Positions 31,960-45,800 of a DNA stretch of 64,000 nt are shown here, piece after piece (position 1 is the stretch's first letter; each line of letters opens with the position of its first letter). The notes beneath the pieces are model-generated. The model made no database searches. It saw nothing but the letters and a program-made list of their open reading frames with translations, and was not told where the DNA came from. A program made the translations under genes and the position numbers. The stretch lies in NCBI RefSeq assembly GCF_009914755.1, contig NC_060933.1; one strand, given 5' to 3'. Origin of the DNA: the human T2T-CHM13v2.0 reference genome, Homo sapiens.

Positions 31960-33500
31960 ATAGTACCATAAATATAAACAAGATAAAAATCACCCATAAA
32001 TCTTACCACTCAGAGATAATCATTATTCATATTTTAAAATATTTTCAGCTACTCTTTTTTTTAATGCCTATGCAGACAGTTATTATTATATAATTGAAAT
32101 TATTGTGGATTTTTACTTTTATATACTGCTGTTGTTAATTAATACTAAATTCTGATAATTTTAAGATACAAAGAAATGTTCTTTAGAGATTTAATTTATT
32201 ATGGCTATGCTCTATTCCCCACATGTGGATACATCATAATTTATTTGAACCTTCCTTAATGTTGGAGTTTTAGGTTGTTTTCATTATTTTCCTATTATAT
32301 AATGTTGTGATAACTATCTTGATACAGTACTAATATTTGCCTGAACTTTTGCTTTTATAACAACTTGATTGAGATCTAATTCACACATCATACAACTCAC
32401 CCATTTAATGTGTACAATTCAATGTTTATTAGTATATCCACAGCCTGGGGCATCTTTCACCAACATCTATTTTAGAACATTTTCATTATCCCCAAAAGAA
32501 ACTACACCCCCTTCAGTCATCAACCCCCAGTTCTTCCATATGCCCCACCTGCACTGTAGACAACCACGAATCTATTTTCTCTCTCTAAAGATTTGCCTAC
32601 TTTGGACATTTTAAATAAATGAACTCATATGATACGTAGTGCTTCATGACAGTCGTCTTTCATTTTGCATAATTTCAAGGGTGATCCATCTGGTAGCATT
32701 TATCAGTACTTCATTCTTTTATTGCCAAATAGTATATGACCTGCATGGCTATACCACATGTTACGTATCCATTCATCAGTTGGTGGATATTTGGGTTGTT
32801 TCTGCTTTTCAGCTATTACGAAATAATGTTTCTATGAACATTCATTTACAAGTTAGTGTGGACATATGTTTTTATTTCTCTTGGATATATAACTAGGAGT
32901 GGAAATGCTTGGTCCTGTGGTAACTCCATGTTTAATCATTTTAGGAATTGCCAGACTGTTTTTCAAAGTGTCTGTGCCATTTTACATTCCTGCTAGAAAT
33001 GTATAAAGGTTTCAATTTCTCTACATCCTCACCAACATTTGTTATTATCCATTTTTTTAAATTATAACCATCCATTTGGGTATGAAGTATCATCTTGTGG
33101 TGTTGATTTACATTGTCCTAATGGCTAATTGCCTGAATTTCTATTTAATTAAGATACTTTTTGGATATAAAGTTACTGAATTAAGAGTACAATTTTTAAA
33201 AAGTTAATATATAGTGCCAAACTGCTTTTCACTAATTGTGTGAATTTTACTCTGCCTGGAAGTATGTAGGTCACTAGTTCCCTAAGATTTTCATCAAAAT
33301 AAATATTTAAATGGGTATCACTTTAACACCCTTTCTTATGACCCTGGGGCTTTTCATATACATAATAATTATTTATGTAACTCCAGTGAGCTACCCATAT
33401 TCTTTGTCCATTTTCCTATGGGGTCTTAGTTTTTACTTTTTATTGAGTTATGTACATTTCTTCTATTAGTCATATTTTTCATGAAGTATTTTAGTGTACA
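31960..33500 (-). mobile_element. Old L1M 3' regions (L1ME with nested L1MB-like ~32350-33130)
   Basis: ttgagatctaattcacacatcatacaactcacccattta...ttgccagactgttttt. Confidence 0.7.
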
Positions 33501-33548
33501 TTTGTTTTGGAAATTTTTCTTAAAATAGCCTACATTCATCTTGAATAA

Positions 33549-33852
<304 letters not shown>

Positions 33853-34972
33853 TAAATAAGGAAAGTTTTAAAGTAAATTATCACTATAAAACATCTGAAA
33901 AAGTAAATATGTCAGAGTCTTTGTGATAACCAATCAGACCAATCATTTCCAAAGAATTAAAAAAGATTTAGAAAATTTAAAAATTCGTATTTGTTTATAC
34001 AATACAACACATTAGGCAAATGGAGACTAATTGAGACACAGCACTTTGATTACATGAGACACATCCATGCTTCTCCCTGAATCTAATTGAAAATTAAAAT
34101 ATACTTATGTTCAATGAAATATAGGAAATCAGAAATGGTAATTATTTGGGGGTTGATCCTTTTCATTTAGTTTCTTTGGCACTTTAATTATATTTATGGA
34201 AATAACTGGAGTTTTAAAAAATATGTTGTTTAGTGTCAATTTCTCAATGTTTACTTGTATTTAAAAAACTGTCATGATAAAATTGAGAGCTGAGCAGCCT
34301 ATCACTTTTTGGTTTGCGAAATTCTTAAACAGAAATCGCCAAAGTATAGCACACATTCTCTGGCTAATTGTGCTTCCAGAAGGTTAAGTGTGATAGGTGA
34401 GTTGTGTGAACACTGAACACCTTTCCCCCAGTTCTACTTAAAAGTCAGAATTGCTCATAAGTGGATTACAAATAGCTCTAGTTTTCTTTTATGAAGATCT
34501 GTGAACCCCAAATGCTTACTTTTGAGTAGTTCTGAGTTTATAGTCTTTTGAATTTAAGCACCGTCTTTTTAGGCCTAATGAGTCTCCCCTTCTACGCAGA
34601 GCTGCCTGGTTACTATGGCTGAAGCCAGAGGCGGCACAGCGTAATGTGGGATGGCTGACAGATACCATGTTCTTCTCTCTAAACTATGTGCTTCAGTGGC
34701 TGAATTTTGATCCATTCAATAGGAGGAAACTGCCTGTATTATGCTTAAATGTACCAGATAAGGAATGGAGAAGAAAGGTATGGGAAAATGTCCTGTGTTG
34801 ATGTATGTAAACATCATTGGTCTGGGGACACACATTGTGTGATGGGAGTAATTTATCCCTTCTTGTTACTTTTTCTCAGCAGTGGCATTAAATAAGGAAA
34901 TGTGCCAAGTGTCCCAGTGCTGCTGTCATTGGGAAGGTATTGTAACAAAATGCTAAGGAGTAAGATGCACTC

Positions 34973-35222
34973 TTTTTTTTATATATGTATATATACTTTA
35001 AGTTCTAGGGTACATGTGCACAACGTGAAGGTTTGTTACATATGTATACATATGTCACGTTGGTGTGCTGTACCCATTAACTCATCATTTACATTAGGTA
35101 TATCTCTTAATGCTATACCCCCCCTGCCTCCCACCCCATGACAGGCCCCAGTGTGTGATGTTCCCCACCCTGTGTCCAAGTGTTCTCATTGTTCAATTCC
35201 CACCTATGAGTGAGAACATGCG
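34973..35222 (-). mobile_element. Short L1PA (PA4-5-like) 3' fragment
   Basis: tactttaagttctagggtacatgtgcacaacgtg...gagtgagaacatgcg; flanks atgcactctt/atgcgctctt. Confidence 0.9.
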
Positions 35223-35252
35223 CTCTTAATAGGAGTCCTGTGTTGGACCCCT

Positions 35253-35717
35253 ATTATGGGTTGAATTGAGTCCTCCAGAAAGATACATGGAAGTCCTAAA
35301 CCTCCAGTACCCCAGAATGTGACCTTATTTGGAAATAGCATCATTGCAGATGCAATTAACTAAACTGGGATGAGGTTACACTAGAATTGGTTGGGCCCTT
35401 AATCCAATAAGGCTGGTTTCCTTATAAGAGTGAAATTTAGACACAGATACACACAGAGAGTAGAAGGCCAGAAGGCAGAAGCAGAAATTTAAGTGATGCA
35501 TCTATTAGCTGAAGACTGCCAAAGAACACCAGTCATCACCAGAAGCTACAGGAAAGCCATGGAAGAAGTTTTCCTCCAAGTCCTCAGGAGGAACTAACCC
35601 TGCTGACACCTTGAGTTCAGACTTCTGGCCTCCAGAGCTGTGACAGAGTAGGGTTCTGTTGTTTCAAGCAACCCAGTTTGTGGTCCTCTGTTACAGCTGC
35701 CCTTGCAAACCAACACA
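35253..35717 (+). mobile_element. MLT1B/C solo LTR
   Basis: ttatgggttgaattg...gaatgtgaccttatttggaaatag...ttacagctgcccttgcaaaccaacaca. Confidence 0.85.
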
Positions 35718-35917
35718 GGCTCCAAATCTCTAGCCAAACTGCTTGATAACTTTGGCTCAATTTCTTTATCTGTGGGATAGAAATCATAATAGCAACCCAG
35801 TGTGAGGATCCAATGGACTTCTTTATAAGGGGAAAGCTTCTATGTTTGGCTACCTGGGGCTTCTGGCCTTAAGACTTGCACCCTTCCCTGTCAGCAATAC
35901 TGCTGCAGTTTAGAGAC

Positions 35918-36106
35918 CGGTGGCTGTTAAACTGCAGTACACATCAGAATCACCTGGAGGGCTTGTTAAAACACAGGAGGACTGACCCCACCTCCAGAGT
36001 TGCTCATCCAGGAGGTCTGAAGTTGGGCCTTGATAACTTGTGAGTCTAACACGTTCTCAGGCGATACTGATGCTGCAGGTCCGGAGACCACATTTCGAGT
36101 ACTATG
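35918..36106. mobile_element. MER5A MITE
   Basis: catcagaatcacctggagggcttgttaaaacacag...gctgcaggtccggagaccaca. Confidence 0.85.
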
Positions 36107-36521
36107 GAATTAGACACTTGGGGAAGATTTATGGGGAACAAAGTAGCAAGGCCAGCCTTAGAGGGAGTTCTGAAAGGGCGGGAGGCTTTGCATCACGTGC
36201 AGATAAGCCTTATTCTTGTCGCCACAATGGGTCTCAGCTACTCTGCCCTTCTCCTATGCTGTAACACATGGACATTTATGCTATCTTATTGGCTACAGGT
36301 TCTTTTCCAATCTTCATTCTGAACTTGGAAGTTATTTTCTTGCACATTCTGGGCTTGGACTTGAATGTCTATCTATTGTTCCATTTTGAGCTTCCCTGAG
36401 TGATGAGATTTGAGATCTGATCTAAAGTTAATTTCAGCATCCCTTTGTTTGACCTGCCCCATGAACCCTTTTCTGGATGACCTCTTCCTTCCCAACACAT
36501 ACTTTATTTTTTAAAATTTCT

Positions 36522-36524
<3 letters not shown>

Positions 36525-36565
<41 letters not shown>

Positions 36566-37582
36566 TACTTTCAGTTGTGGGATACATGTGCAGAACCTGC
36601 AGGCTTGTTACACAGGTATACACGTGCCATGGTGATTTGCTACACCCATCAACTGGTCATCTATAGTAGGTAGTTCTCCTAATGTTATTCCTCCCCCAGC
36701 CCCCCACCCCCCAACAGGCCCCGGTGTGTGGTGTTCCCCTCCCTGTGTCCATGTGTTCTCATTGTTCCACTCCCACTTATGAGTGAGAACATGCAGTGTT
36801 TGGTTTTCTGTTCTTGTGTTAGTTTGCTGAGAATGATGGTTTCCAGCTTCATCCATGTCCCTGTGAAGGACATGAACTCATCCTTTTTTATGGCTTCATA
36901 GTATTCCGTGGTGTATATGTGCCACATTTTCTTTATCCAGTCTATCATTGATGGGCATTTGGGTTGGTTCCAAGTCTTTGCTATTGTGAACGGTGCCACA
37001 ATAAATATACACATGCATGTGTCTTTATAACAGAATGATTTATAATCCTTTGGGTATATACCCAGTAATGGGATTGCTGGGTCAAATGGTATTTCTGGTT
37101 CTAGATCCTTGAGGAATAGCCACGCTGTCTTCCACAATGGTTGAACTAATTTACACTCCCACCAACAGTGTAAAAGTGTTCCTATTTCTCCACATCCTCT
37201 CTAGCATCTGTTATTTCCCAACTTTTTAATGATCACCATTGTAACTGGCATGAGAGGGTATCTCATTGTGGTTTTGATTTGCATTTCTCTGATGACCAAT
37301 GATGATGAGCTTTTTTTCCATATGTTTGTTGGCTGCATAAATGTCTTCTTTTGAGAAGTGTCTGTTCACATCCTTTACCCACTTTTTGATGGCATTGTTT
37401 GTTTTTTTTTCTGGTAAATTTGTTTAAGTTCTTTGTAGATTATGGATATCAGCCCTTTGTCAGATGGACAGATTGAAAAAATTTTTTTCCCATTCTGTAG
37501 GTTGCCTGTTCACTCTGATGCTAGTTTCCTTTGCAGTGCAGAAGTTCTTTACTTTAATTAGATCCCATTTGTCAGTTTTGGC
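36525..37582 (-). mobile_element. 5'-truncated L1PA7/8-like element with (TA)n at its tail
   Basis: Minus ORF 36685-37137 is the ORF2 C-terminus; (TA)n at 36525-36557. Confidence 0.93.
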
Positions 37583-37677
37583 TTTTTTTTTTCTTTTTTT
37601 TTTTTTTTTGAGACAGAGTCTCACTCTGTCACCCAGGCAGGAGTGCAGTGGCACGATCTCAGCTTACTGCCACCTCC
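37583..37677 (-). mobile_element. 5'-truncated Alu fused to the L1 5' end
   Basis: poly-T then gagacagagtctcactctgtcacccagg...cacctcc, ending abruptly. Confidence 0.9.
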
Positions 37678-37911
37678 TTTGTATATGACTTATTAGGTGC
37701 TTAATCATCATACATTCACCTATGGAACCAGTTTTCATGTGGTCACTCAGAGACTTTCCCGTTGATTTGTAAACCGCCCCCACCCTCCCCGCCGCCAACC
37801 CCTGCCTCACTCTGATCATGTTCAGCTAGACTTAGGAAACTAGGCCATCATTGATCCTCCAAAACACTTTAATTTCTTTTAAGTTTTGCTAAATTTCCCA
37901 AAGCTTTTCCC

Positions 37912-38400
37912 TCCATTCATTCATTCATGAAATGTGGAACACCTCCTGTGTGCTCACAGTGTATGCTCGGCATGCAGTGGTGAACAAAACCCAACAGTGC
38001 ATGCCCTTGAGTTTGCAGAATAGTGAGAGAAGGGGGAGATACACATTTAAAAAATCACATTAATACATGCAAAATCATAGCTGTGACAAGTGCATCAAAG
38101 GAGAGTAGTACTTAGATCTACAGGACTATACTGGTAAATCTGACCCTGTTAGGAAGCTCAGAGAAGTCTTTTGAATGGAGATCTGAAGGGTATTCAGGGA
38201 ATTAGCCAGGTATAAAGTAGAAAACGATCAGGCAGAGAGAATAGTGTGTGCAAAGCTTGGGCAGGTGAAGGAGTGTACCAGAGACCAACCTTTAGTGTGG
38301 GCATCAGGGTACATGAAAGGTGCTGGTGCTGTGTGGCTGAACAAGTGGGGAAGTGCCCAGAGCATGTAACGTTCTTAAGGCTGTGTTCTCATTCTGACCA
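37912..38400 (-). mobile_element. L2
   Basis: cattcattcattcatgaaatgtggaacacctcctgtgtg...agatctgaaggg...gtgtgtgcaaag. Confidence 0.75.
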
Positions 38401-39398
38401 GATATGAGCCATTGGTCATCTCACTTGTTTCCACTTGCTGCCCTCACACCTGTCATCAGACTTCCTCTACTCAAGATGCGGACTTCATCCCTCTCCACCT
38501 TGTCACCAGTGCTCTGTCTCAGGGGAATAGGTACCCCAGGGAAATAGGCATCCCTTCTCCTTTCCCAGGTGACTTCTCCATTTGGCCTTTCTTCCTTCCC
38601 TACCGCATTCTCCAGTGACCGCGCTCAGTGAGCCTCTAAGTCTCCAGGGTGACTTTTATCTGCAATGTAACTGGCTCCTTCCCTTTGTTCATTAACACAC
38701 CCAGGTGGCCCAGCTTAAGAAACAAACAAACAGAAAACTTCCTATCAGTTCCTTTGTTATCCATGACCTGATGACTGGCTCCTCCCTTTCCATTGGTAGT
38801 AACGGGGTAGGGGGAAAACTGCCTTTGCTTCTTCACTTCCTCTCTTCTCCTGACTCCTTAGTCAGTTCTGCCTTAATAGAGAATTCTTCCTTGCTCAATG
38901 TGTTCACTGGTCTTAAGCTTGAGCATCGGATGGAATTTCCTCCCCTCTGTAATACACCTTCCAAGTTAAGGGCATCTTAAGAGTTGCTGTCAACATTCCC
39001 CAATTCAACTGAATTCTATTCACAGAAAACTAAAAGTATTTTCTAGATCTTTGATCTAAGGAATTTCCTACTTGGCAAACTTGCTGTAACTGGACCTCAG
39101 AGAAAATTAATCTTCCTGAAAGGATAGCGTTTTAATGTTAAATGTTTGAAATGTAGTTTTAAAGTTGTGCTTTATATTTGATTTGTTCTCATTGAAGTCG
39201 GCTTTATATGTGTGGCCCAGAGAAAAATACAAGCTGAGCATGTTTAATAAAACAACCAATCTGAAAAATTGTTTTTCAAGGGGAAAAAGAAAATCCTGGG
39301 CCAAATAAAGATGAATAATCTGTTTAAATAGTTGTAAATTGTCGATTGTTTTATCCCTTCTTAAAGTGTAATTTTCTTTTAAAAACACAGTAAAGTAG

Positions 39399-39795
<397 letters not shown>

Positions 39796-39948
39796 CTAAA
39801 TTAAATTATCTCTCCTTTCACACTTGGATTTTCTATAATCAAGAGAATGCATCATTTAGATGATGGGGTAACATGCACACTGTGACTAAGGAAAAGCTTT
39901 TCTCTGAAAGGCTAACTAGCTACCAAAATAGCAACAGAACTTGGCCTC

Positions 39949-40232
39949 TTTTTTTTATTGAGACAGAGTCTCACTCTGTTGCCCAGGCTGGAGTACAGTG
40001 GCATGATCTCGGCTCCACGCAACCTCCTCCTCCCAGATTCAAGTGATTCTCCTGCCTCAGCCTCCCAAGTAGCTGGAATTACAGGCACATGCCACTGCAC
40101 CTGGCTAATTTTTGTATTTTTTAGTGGAGGCGGGGTTTCACCATGTTGGCCAGGCTGGTCTTGAAGTAGTGATCCACCCACCTCAGCCTCTCAAAGTGCT
40201 GGGATTACAGGCATGAGCCACCGAGCCAGGCC
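39949..40232 (-). mobile_element. AluS with small internal deletion
   Basis: TSD agaacttggcctcttt; ggtcttgaagtagtgatcc lacks part of the B box. Confidence 0.95.
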
Positions 40233-41773
40233 AGAACTTGGCCTCTTTAACACAGTACTTTAAGAGGCTGACTAGCCAAATGCTATGTTCAGGGTTAACA
40301 ATATGCCTTCAACATCTCTAGTGATAATATCCAGACAAGAATAGAATAAATAAGCCAATGGTAAAGATGCCCTAACAATTTGCCCTTAATTAAGATGATT
40401 CCCATTCCAGAAGTGCCACTGCTCTGAGTCCAGTTGCTTGGCATTTATTTACAAGCACTTAGATGCCAATTCCCAGGGGATTGGGAGGTTCAGACCCTGG
40501 CAGCCTGAACCATACCAATCACATAAACAAAAGGTTTGATTTGTAAATCGGAATGTCAATGTCTTACAGGGAGAATTGACAGTTTGCTAAAAGACTATAT
40601 TCCTTGTCACTCAATCTGCCCACCCTTTTCTGAGAAGGAAGCCTAATGCAGTGCTTAGCAGGAACTATAGTTGCCTAAATCTCTGAGTTGGTAGCCAAAC
40701 AAGAAATGGACCTGAGATTAGAATATCATTGCGGGAAGGGGAAAGGGGATGTAACGCCAAGTGTTTTTGATTGCAACCTAGAAAAAGCAGTGTTGGCTGA
40801 GTGAACAAAGGGGAATTTATGGGAAAGGCAATGGGAGCTGAATTGTCAGGACCCTGGAGAACCGGGCTTGGACACATCGAGGGAGTAGTAACCATAACCA
40901 TTGAACAATCTGCTCAGCCAGTTTCCCAGTTTTTTTGACCCTCTGCTGGACCTAGCTTTCAAAATTTAATCAGGCTTTCACAATTGCATTTAGCCTATAT
41001 CTAGCAAGTGTCTGTATTATCTGTGAAGAGTTATAAAGACCCTGCACTCAAAGAGGTAAGCATGTCTATGGTACATATTAGGCCAAATACAACACAATCA
41101 GGGCTGAGGCTTCAAAAATAAAGAGAGGACACGAGGGTAAAAGGATGGGGAAAGACTTCAAAGGAAAAACACTGCAAATGGGCACTGGAGGTGGCAGGAT
41201 TTTGTGGGGAAGTCAGAACTATTTCAATCTGCAATGGAAATAGTGATGATGGTACAGATGAAGAGTCTAACATGAGTCACCCACTTGGTTAAGCACTTTC
41301 TTCTCCTCTGTGATTGGGTTAAAAGGGTTTATCTAAGTGAAAAGGAAGTTTTTGCAGGGAGAGGCCCCTGTACTTTGGGGGGAGGAGGGCTATATGGGAG
41401 AGAAGGAAAGGTGGGAAAGGTGGCCATCCCCGGCAGAAAGACCCACACATCCACTTCAAAAGAGGTTAAAAAAAAATGCTTCTCTCTGTGTATCTGTTGG
41501 AGAGTGGGTGGTAGGTGACAAAACTGGAAGCAAGGAAACAAAGATGGTCTTTCCCTTGATTTCTCATCTCTAGGAAAGGGCGTGTTAGCCCTGCCTGAGC
41601 TAGGTGGGTGTTCAATGCTACTGGGGCGCATCCAAAGGCACAAAATCTTATGTTAAGCGCCACTCACCCTGGAAAAACTGGGTCCTGCGCAATCGAGGTT
41701 TTAGTATCTGGTGAAGGCTTTTGAACATCAGATCCAATGTGGTCAGAAGAAAGCATCAGTGTCAATGATACAT

Positions 41774-41820
41774 TGTTCATTCTTTTATTCATTCATTCAT
41801 TCATTCATTCATTCATTCAA
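41774..41820. repeat. (TTCA)n tetranucleotide, probably an L2 tail
   Basis: attcattcattcattcattcattcattcattcaa. Confidence 0.85.
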
Positions 41821-42776
41821 ACCTCTTCTATTTATTAACACTGACTAGAGGCTCTACCCTGAATTGAGGCTAAAGGCTGGAGTAGAAAAAGTAAGGATAA
41901 GTCACTTCCCTTCATTGCCTCTGTTTTCCTATCTCTAAAATAAGAAGTTGGAGTTTAATGCCTTTGCTTTGCAATGTTTCTTATGCTTAACGAGCTTACA
42001 CATGAAGTCAGGAGTAGTTTGCCCCGGTATGAGCCAGAGGCACAGAGACAGGGGTTGAAGCTCAGAAAGATGAATGCTGCTGCTTTTCCTCTGCCTCCTT
42101 GAAGCTAGGGACCCTCTGAAAGGTGCCAGGGATGCAGCAGCTCTGTGCAAATGAGAGGTCTGGTATTTGCCAGAAGCTTTACCATAATGCAAGGAGAAAT
42201 AGTGCATGAATGATGTGATGGGATTATTGCTGACCACGAATTTACTGCCCAATTAGTGAGGTGATATTTTGTGGGGGTTTCATTTAATTGGGACTTTCCT
42301 GAGCAGATCTAGGTTTATTTAACAGTTTACATTGATTTTTATCTCGGGAGACTAGGGCAGCATGCTGAATTACCACAACCTTTTACCAAACAAAGCTCTT
42401 CCTCGTTGACTTTTGATTCCCCTTTCCCTGCATTGTGCTTCTGCATTTCTCTCCAAAGCCTCTGTTGAAGATTCTTTGCAACCAAAGATGGCATCCATGC
42501 TTAGAATTGTTCAGTGTCTGGGGTATTTGTTCCTCTGTATTCAAGTAACAATAAATGTCCCTAGGAAGATTTTTTTTTCAAATTACTCGTCTGGAAACCC
42601 CTTGGGATTCAAGGTCCAGCCCATACATGCCTCGATACTTCCCCTTCTCAATCCCAGCATCTCCTACCATGATGCTTGCTAGTAGGAGGAGCTTAACAAA
42701 TTTCTTCAAAGGTGACATCTCAAAGGTCTTTACAGGCATAAATTGTGGCTTCAATACAAATGCTGGGTTTAGATGA

Positions 42777-43755
42777 TGTATCAGTCTGTTTTTACGCTGC
42801 TGATAAAGACATACCTGAGACTGGGCAATTTACAAAAGAAAGAAGTTTAATTGGATTCACAGTTCCACCTGGCTGGGGAGGCCTGACAATCATGGCAGAA
42901 GGTGAAAGGCACCTCTCACATGGCAGCAGACAAGAGAAGAGAGCTTGTGCAGGGAAACTCCTGTTTGTTTTTTTTTTCTTTTATTATTATATTTTAAGTT
43001 TTAGGGTACATGTGCACATTGTGCAGGTTAGTTACATATGTATACATGTGCCATGCTGGTGTGCTGCACCCACTAACTCGTCATCTAGCATTAGGTTTAT
43101 CTCCCAGTGCTATCCCTCCCCCCTCCCCCCACCCCACAACAGTCCCCAGAGTGTGATGTTCCCCTTCCTGTGTCCATGTGATCTCATTGTTCAATTCCCA
43201 CCTATGAGTGAGAATATGCGGTGTTTGGTTTTTTGTTCTTGCGATAGTTTACTGAGAATGATGATTTCCAATTTCATCCATGTCCCTACAAAGGACATGA
43301 ACTCATCATTTTTTATGGCTGCATAGTATTCCATGGTGTATATGTGCCACATTTTCTTAATCCAGTCTATCATTGTTGGACATTTGGGTTGGTTCCAAGT
43401 CTTTGCTATTGTGAATAATGCCGCAATAAACATACGTGTGCATGTGTCTTTATAGCAGCATGATTTATAGTCCTTTGGGTATATACCCAGTAATGGGATG
43501 GCTGGGTCAAATGGTATTTCTAGTTCTAGATCCCTGAGGAATCGCCACACTGACTTCCACAATGGTTGAACTAGACACTCCTGTTTTTAAAACCATCAGA
43601 TCTTGTAAGACTCATTCACTACCACGAGAACAGTGTAGGAAAGACCCACCCCCATAATTCAATCACTCCCACTGGGTTCCTCCCACGACACGTGGGAATT
43701 GTGAGAGTTACAATTCAAGATGAGATTTGGGTGGGGACACAGCCAAACCATATCA
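42777..43755 (-). mobile_element. THE1 (MaLR) solo LTR interrupted by a young L1
   Basis: tgtatcagtc...gggtggggacacagccaaaccatatca; perfect 5-bp TSD gatga at 42772-42776 and 43756-43760. Confidence 0.93.
42967..43574 (-). mobile_element. 5'-truncated L1PA2-like element (~600 bp)
   Basis: Intact ORF2 C-terminus (43191-43562); GAGATCAC, AATGTG and GACGAG diagnostics; TSD actcctgttt at 42957-42966 and 43577-43586. Confidence 0.93.
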
Positions 43756-44199
43756 GATGAGGTGCAGAGGATGCCTGGGCGACTAAATCAATGGTTTCCA
43801 AAGGATTTAATGTAATGCCCTTAAGTAGTTTTTTTCTCCCAAGGTAGTTTCTTTGAAGTTAAGCAGCATGAGACTTCCAGGTTGGTGGATGAAGAACCAG
43901 GGAAAGATAGAAACTGCCTTTTTTATAATGTAGGGCTCAGTTAAGTATTCAAAGTTCCAAGGAGGCAATTCAGGCCCCCATTTCACACCTTTCACTGTTA
44001 GAGAGCGGAGCTCCTATCCATCCCAGGCCCTTCCACTTTGTAGATCAATTGCTCTATCTTTTGGCAGCTTCAACAAAGCCCTGTCTTATGAAAATGCTTT
44101 ATTGTTCAGATCAGGGACCTGGTAGTAAAAATTAACTATAAAATACTTTTTTTTCTATTATGCAAGTAATGGGTAGCCTTTTTAAAAATTGGAAACATA

Positions 44200-44546
44200 G
44201 AGAAAAAAGTTTATTCCTAACAACCGGAGCCTCAGTGGATTAAAATTACTCAGGTTTCTCACTGATGCTACATGCCCATTGAACGTCAGGTGGGGACTCT
44301 GCACTGCTTTAGTCTCACTCTGGATACTGGCTGACAGACCACAGCTTTCTAGAATATTGCGGCCGAGGAAAAGAAAGCTTTGCGGCATCTCATACATCTC
44401 ATATTGCTGCTGCAGAAGTGACAGTCACTTTTCCTCTTAAACCTCTAGTCAAAACTTGTAACCATGCCTCCACTTAACAAGAGGTTTGGAAAGTGCAATT
44501 CTGCCATGTAGGGAAAGGTATATGAACAGTGGTAAGGGCTACCACA
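44200..44546 (-). mobile_element. Old MLT1 (J/K/L-like) LTR
   Basis: gaagtgacagtcact...ggaaagtgcaattctgccatgt...ctaccaca terminus. Confidence 0.55.
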
Positions 44547-45744
44547 CTGGAGAATAGCTCCTTTCATCTGCCTCCCTTTGCAGCCTGCGTCCCTAGTCCA
44601 TGCGCTCTACTGCTCCAGTGCCCACCACTGCTTGACTCTGCCTTTGTGTGTGTCAGTTCACATTATCAAGAAGGACCATGACTGGTAGCTCTACGGATGG
44701 AGGACCCTTTTGTAGCAGGTGTTCACCCTGTGCCCAAGCCGCAGTGCCTAGAAGAGTGGGGATGGGTCTGTGGCTCCTATCAGGCTGCAGGAGTTGCGGA
44801 GACAGAAAAAGTATTTCTAGGACTCCCATTTGGCCTTGCAGTCTCTACACATCCTTGGCAATTTCTCCCATCTTGGCTTCTCCTTCTTATCACTTTGGTC
44901 CACATACGGGGACAGCGTCTAAGTTCTTTCTGACCACCTCCTCAGTCCTAGAAAAACCAGACTTGGTTAAGTACCAGAGCACAGAAGGCATTTAGTGCTG
45001 CTCTGCTCCCAAGTCATCTATTAGTTTCACTTTAGCCAGCCATACCTCCTTGGTTACATATGAAGCATCTGTATATAACTTAGTATCATGCTTTTTCACA
45101 TTATATTTTGATTTTTATCGGACCGGAAACCCTAAATCCACAAGCATAACAACAAGATCACATTTGGGCTTTTTCATTTCTGTAACCAGAGGATTGAACG
45201 CTAGTTTTGTAGTAAGACTTCAATTCTATTTATCCGTCCAGGCTTAAGGGTTCCTGTTCTTCTTTTTAAGTCATTAAATTGTATCAGACAAGGGGGAAAA
45301 CGCGTGTGTGACTTTCCCTAAGGTAAGATGGGCTTAAGGGATATTGAAACCAGGGCAGAGAAATGTTTTCTGTGACCCACCAGTCAGGGCAAGGCATAGA
45401 AGGAGCAATGACTTATTCATTAGCCCAGATAGAAGGCCAGTCTTTTTCAGGCTGCGGCGCAGAGACGCCAGGCTCAAAGGGCAGGAGGGCCGTCTGCAGG
45501 CAGCGCCGCCGCGGCTACCTGGAAGCCCAGCAAGTCACCTGAGTCCTGCGGGTGCCTGGGCTGCCAATCTGCAGCGACCCGTCCGCAGCCCCCGGGGGCA
45601 GGAACACCAACCCCGGGACAGGAGGACGTCCTCGGCCCGCTGACTAGGGATCCGCCAGCGGGTGCCGCTGAGCCACATCCCCGCAGTTGGCGCCAGCATC
45701 CAGGTACCGCGCGCCACAGCACCTGCCTGGGCGTTCCCGCGCTT

Positions 45745-45754
45745 GGGGCGGGGC
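45745..45754 (+). promoter_or_regulatory. GC box (Sp/KLF)
   Basis: GGGGCGGGGC, perfect consensus. Confidence 0.7.
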
Positions 45755-45767
45755 TTCCCGCGTCCCC

Positions 45768-45775
45768 TTTAAGAG
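45768..45775 (+). promoter_or_regulatory. TATA-like element
   Basis: TTTAAGAG, an isolated AT-rich word in the GC-rich core, 14 bp after the GC box. Confidence 0.45.
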
Positions 45776-45792
45776 GCCGCATCACCCGCCCT

Positions 45793-45800
45793 TGACGTCA
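45793..45800. promoter_or_regulatory. Full palindromic CRE (CREB/ATF)
   Basis: TGACGTCA. Confidence 0.75.

Noticed and set aside
42745-43326. 193-aa ORF upstream of the promoter
   Set aside because: A chance fusion of THE1 and antisense L1 3' UTR sequence.
44895-45730. REST/NRSE site expected for a neuronal gene (ggacagcgtc ~44910; cagcacc ~45717)
   Set aside because: Only isolated half-sites; no convincing 21-bp match by eye.
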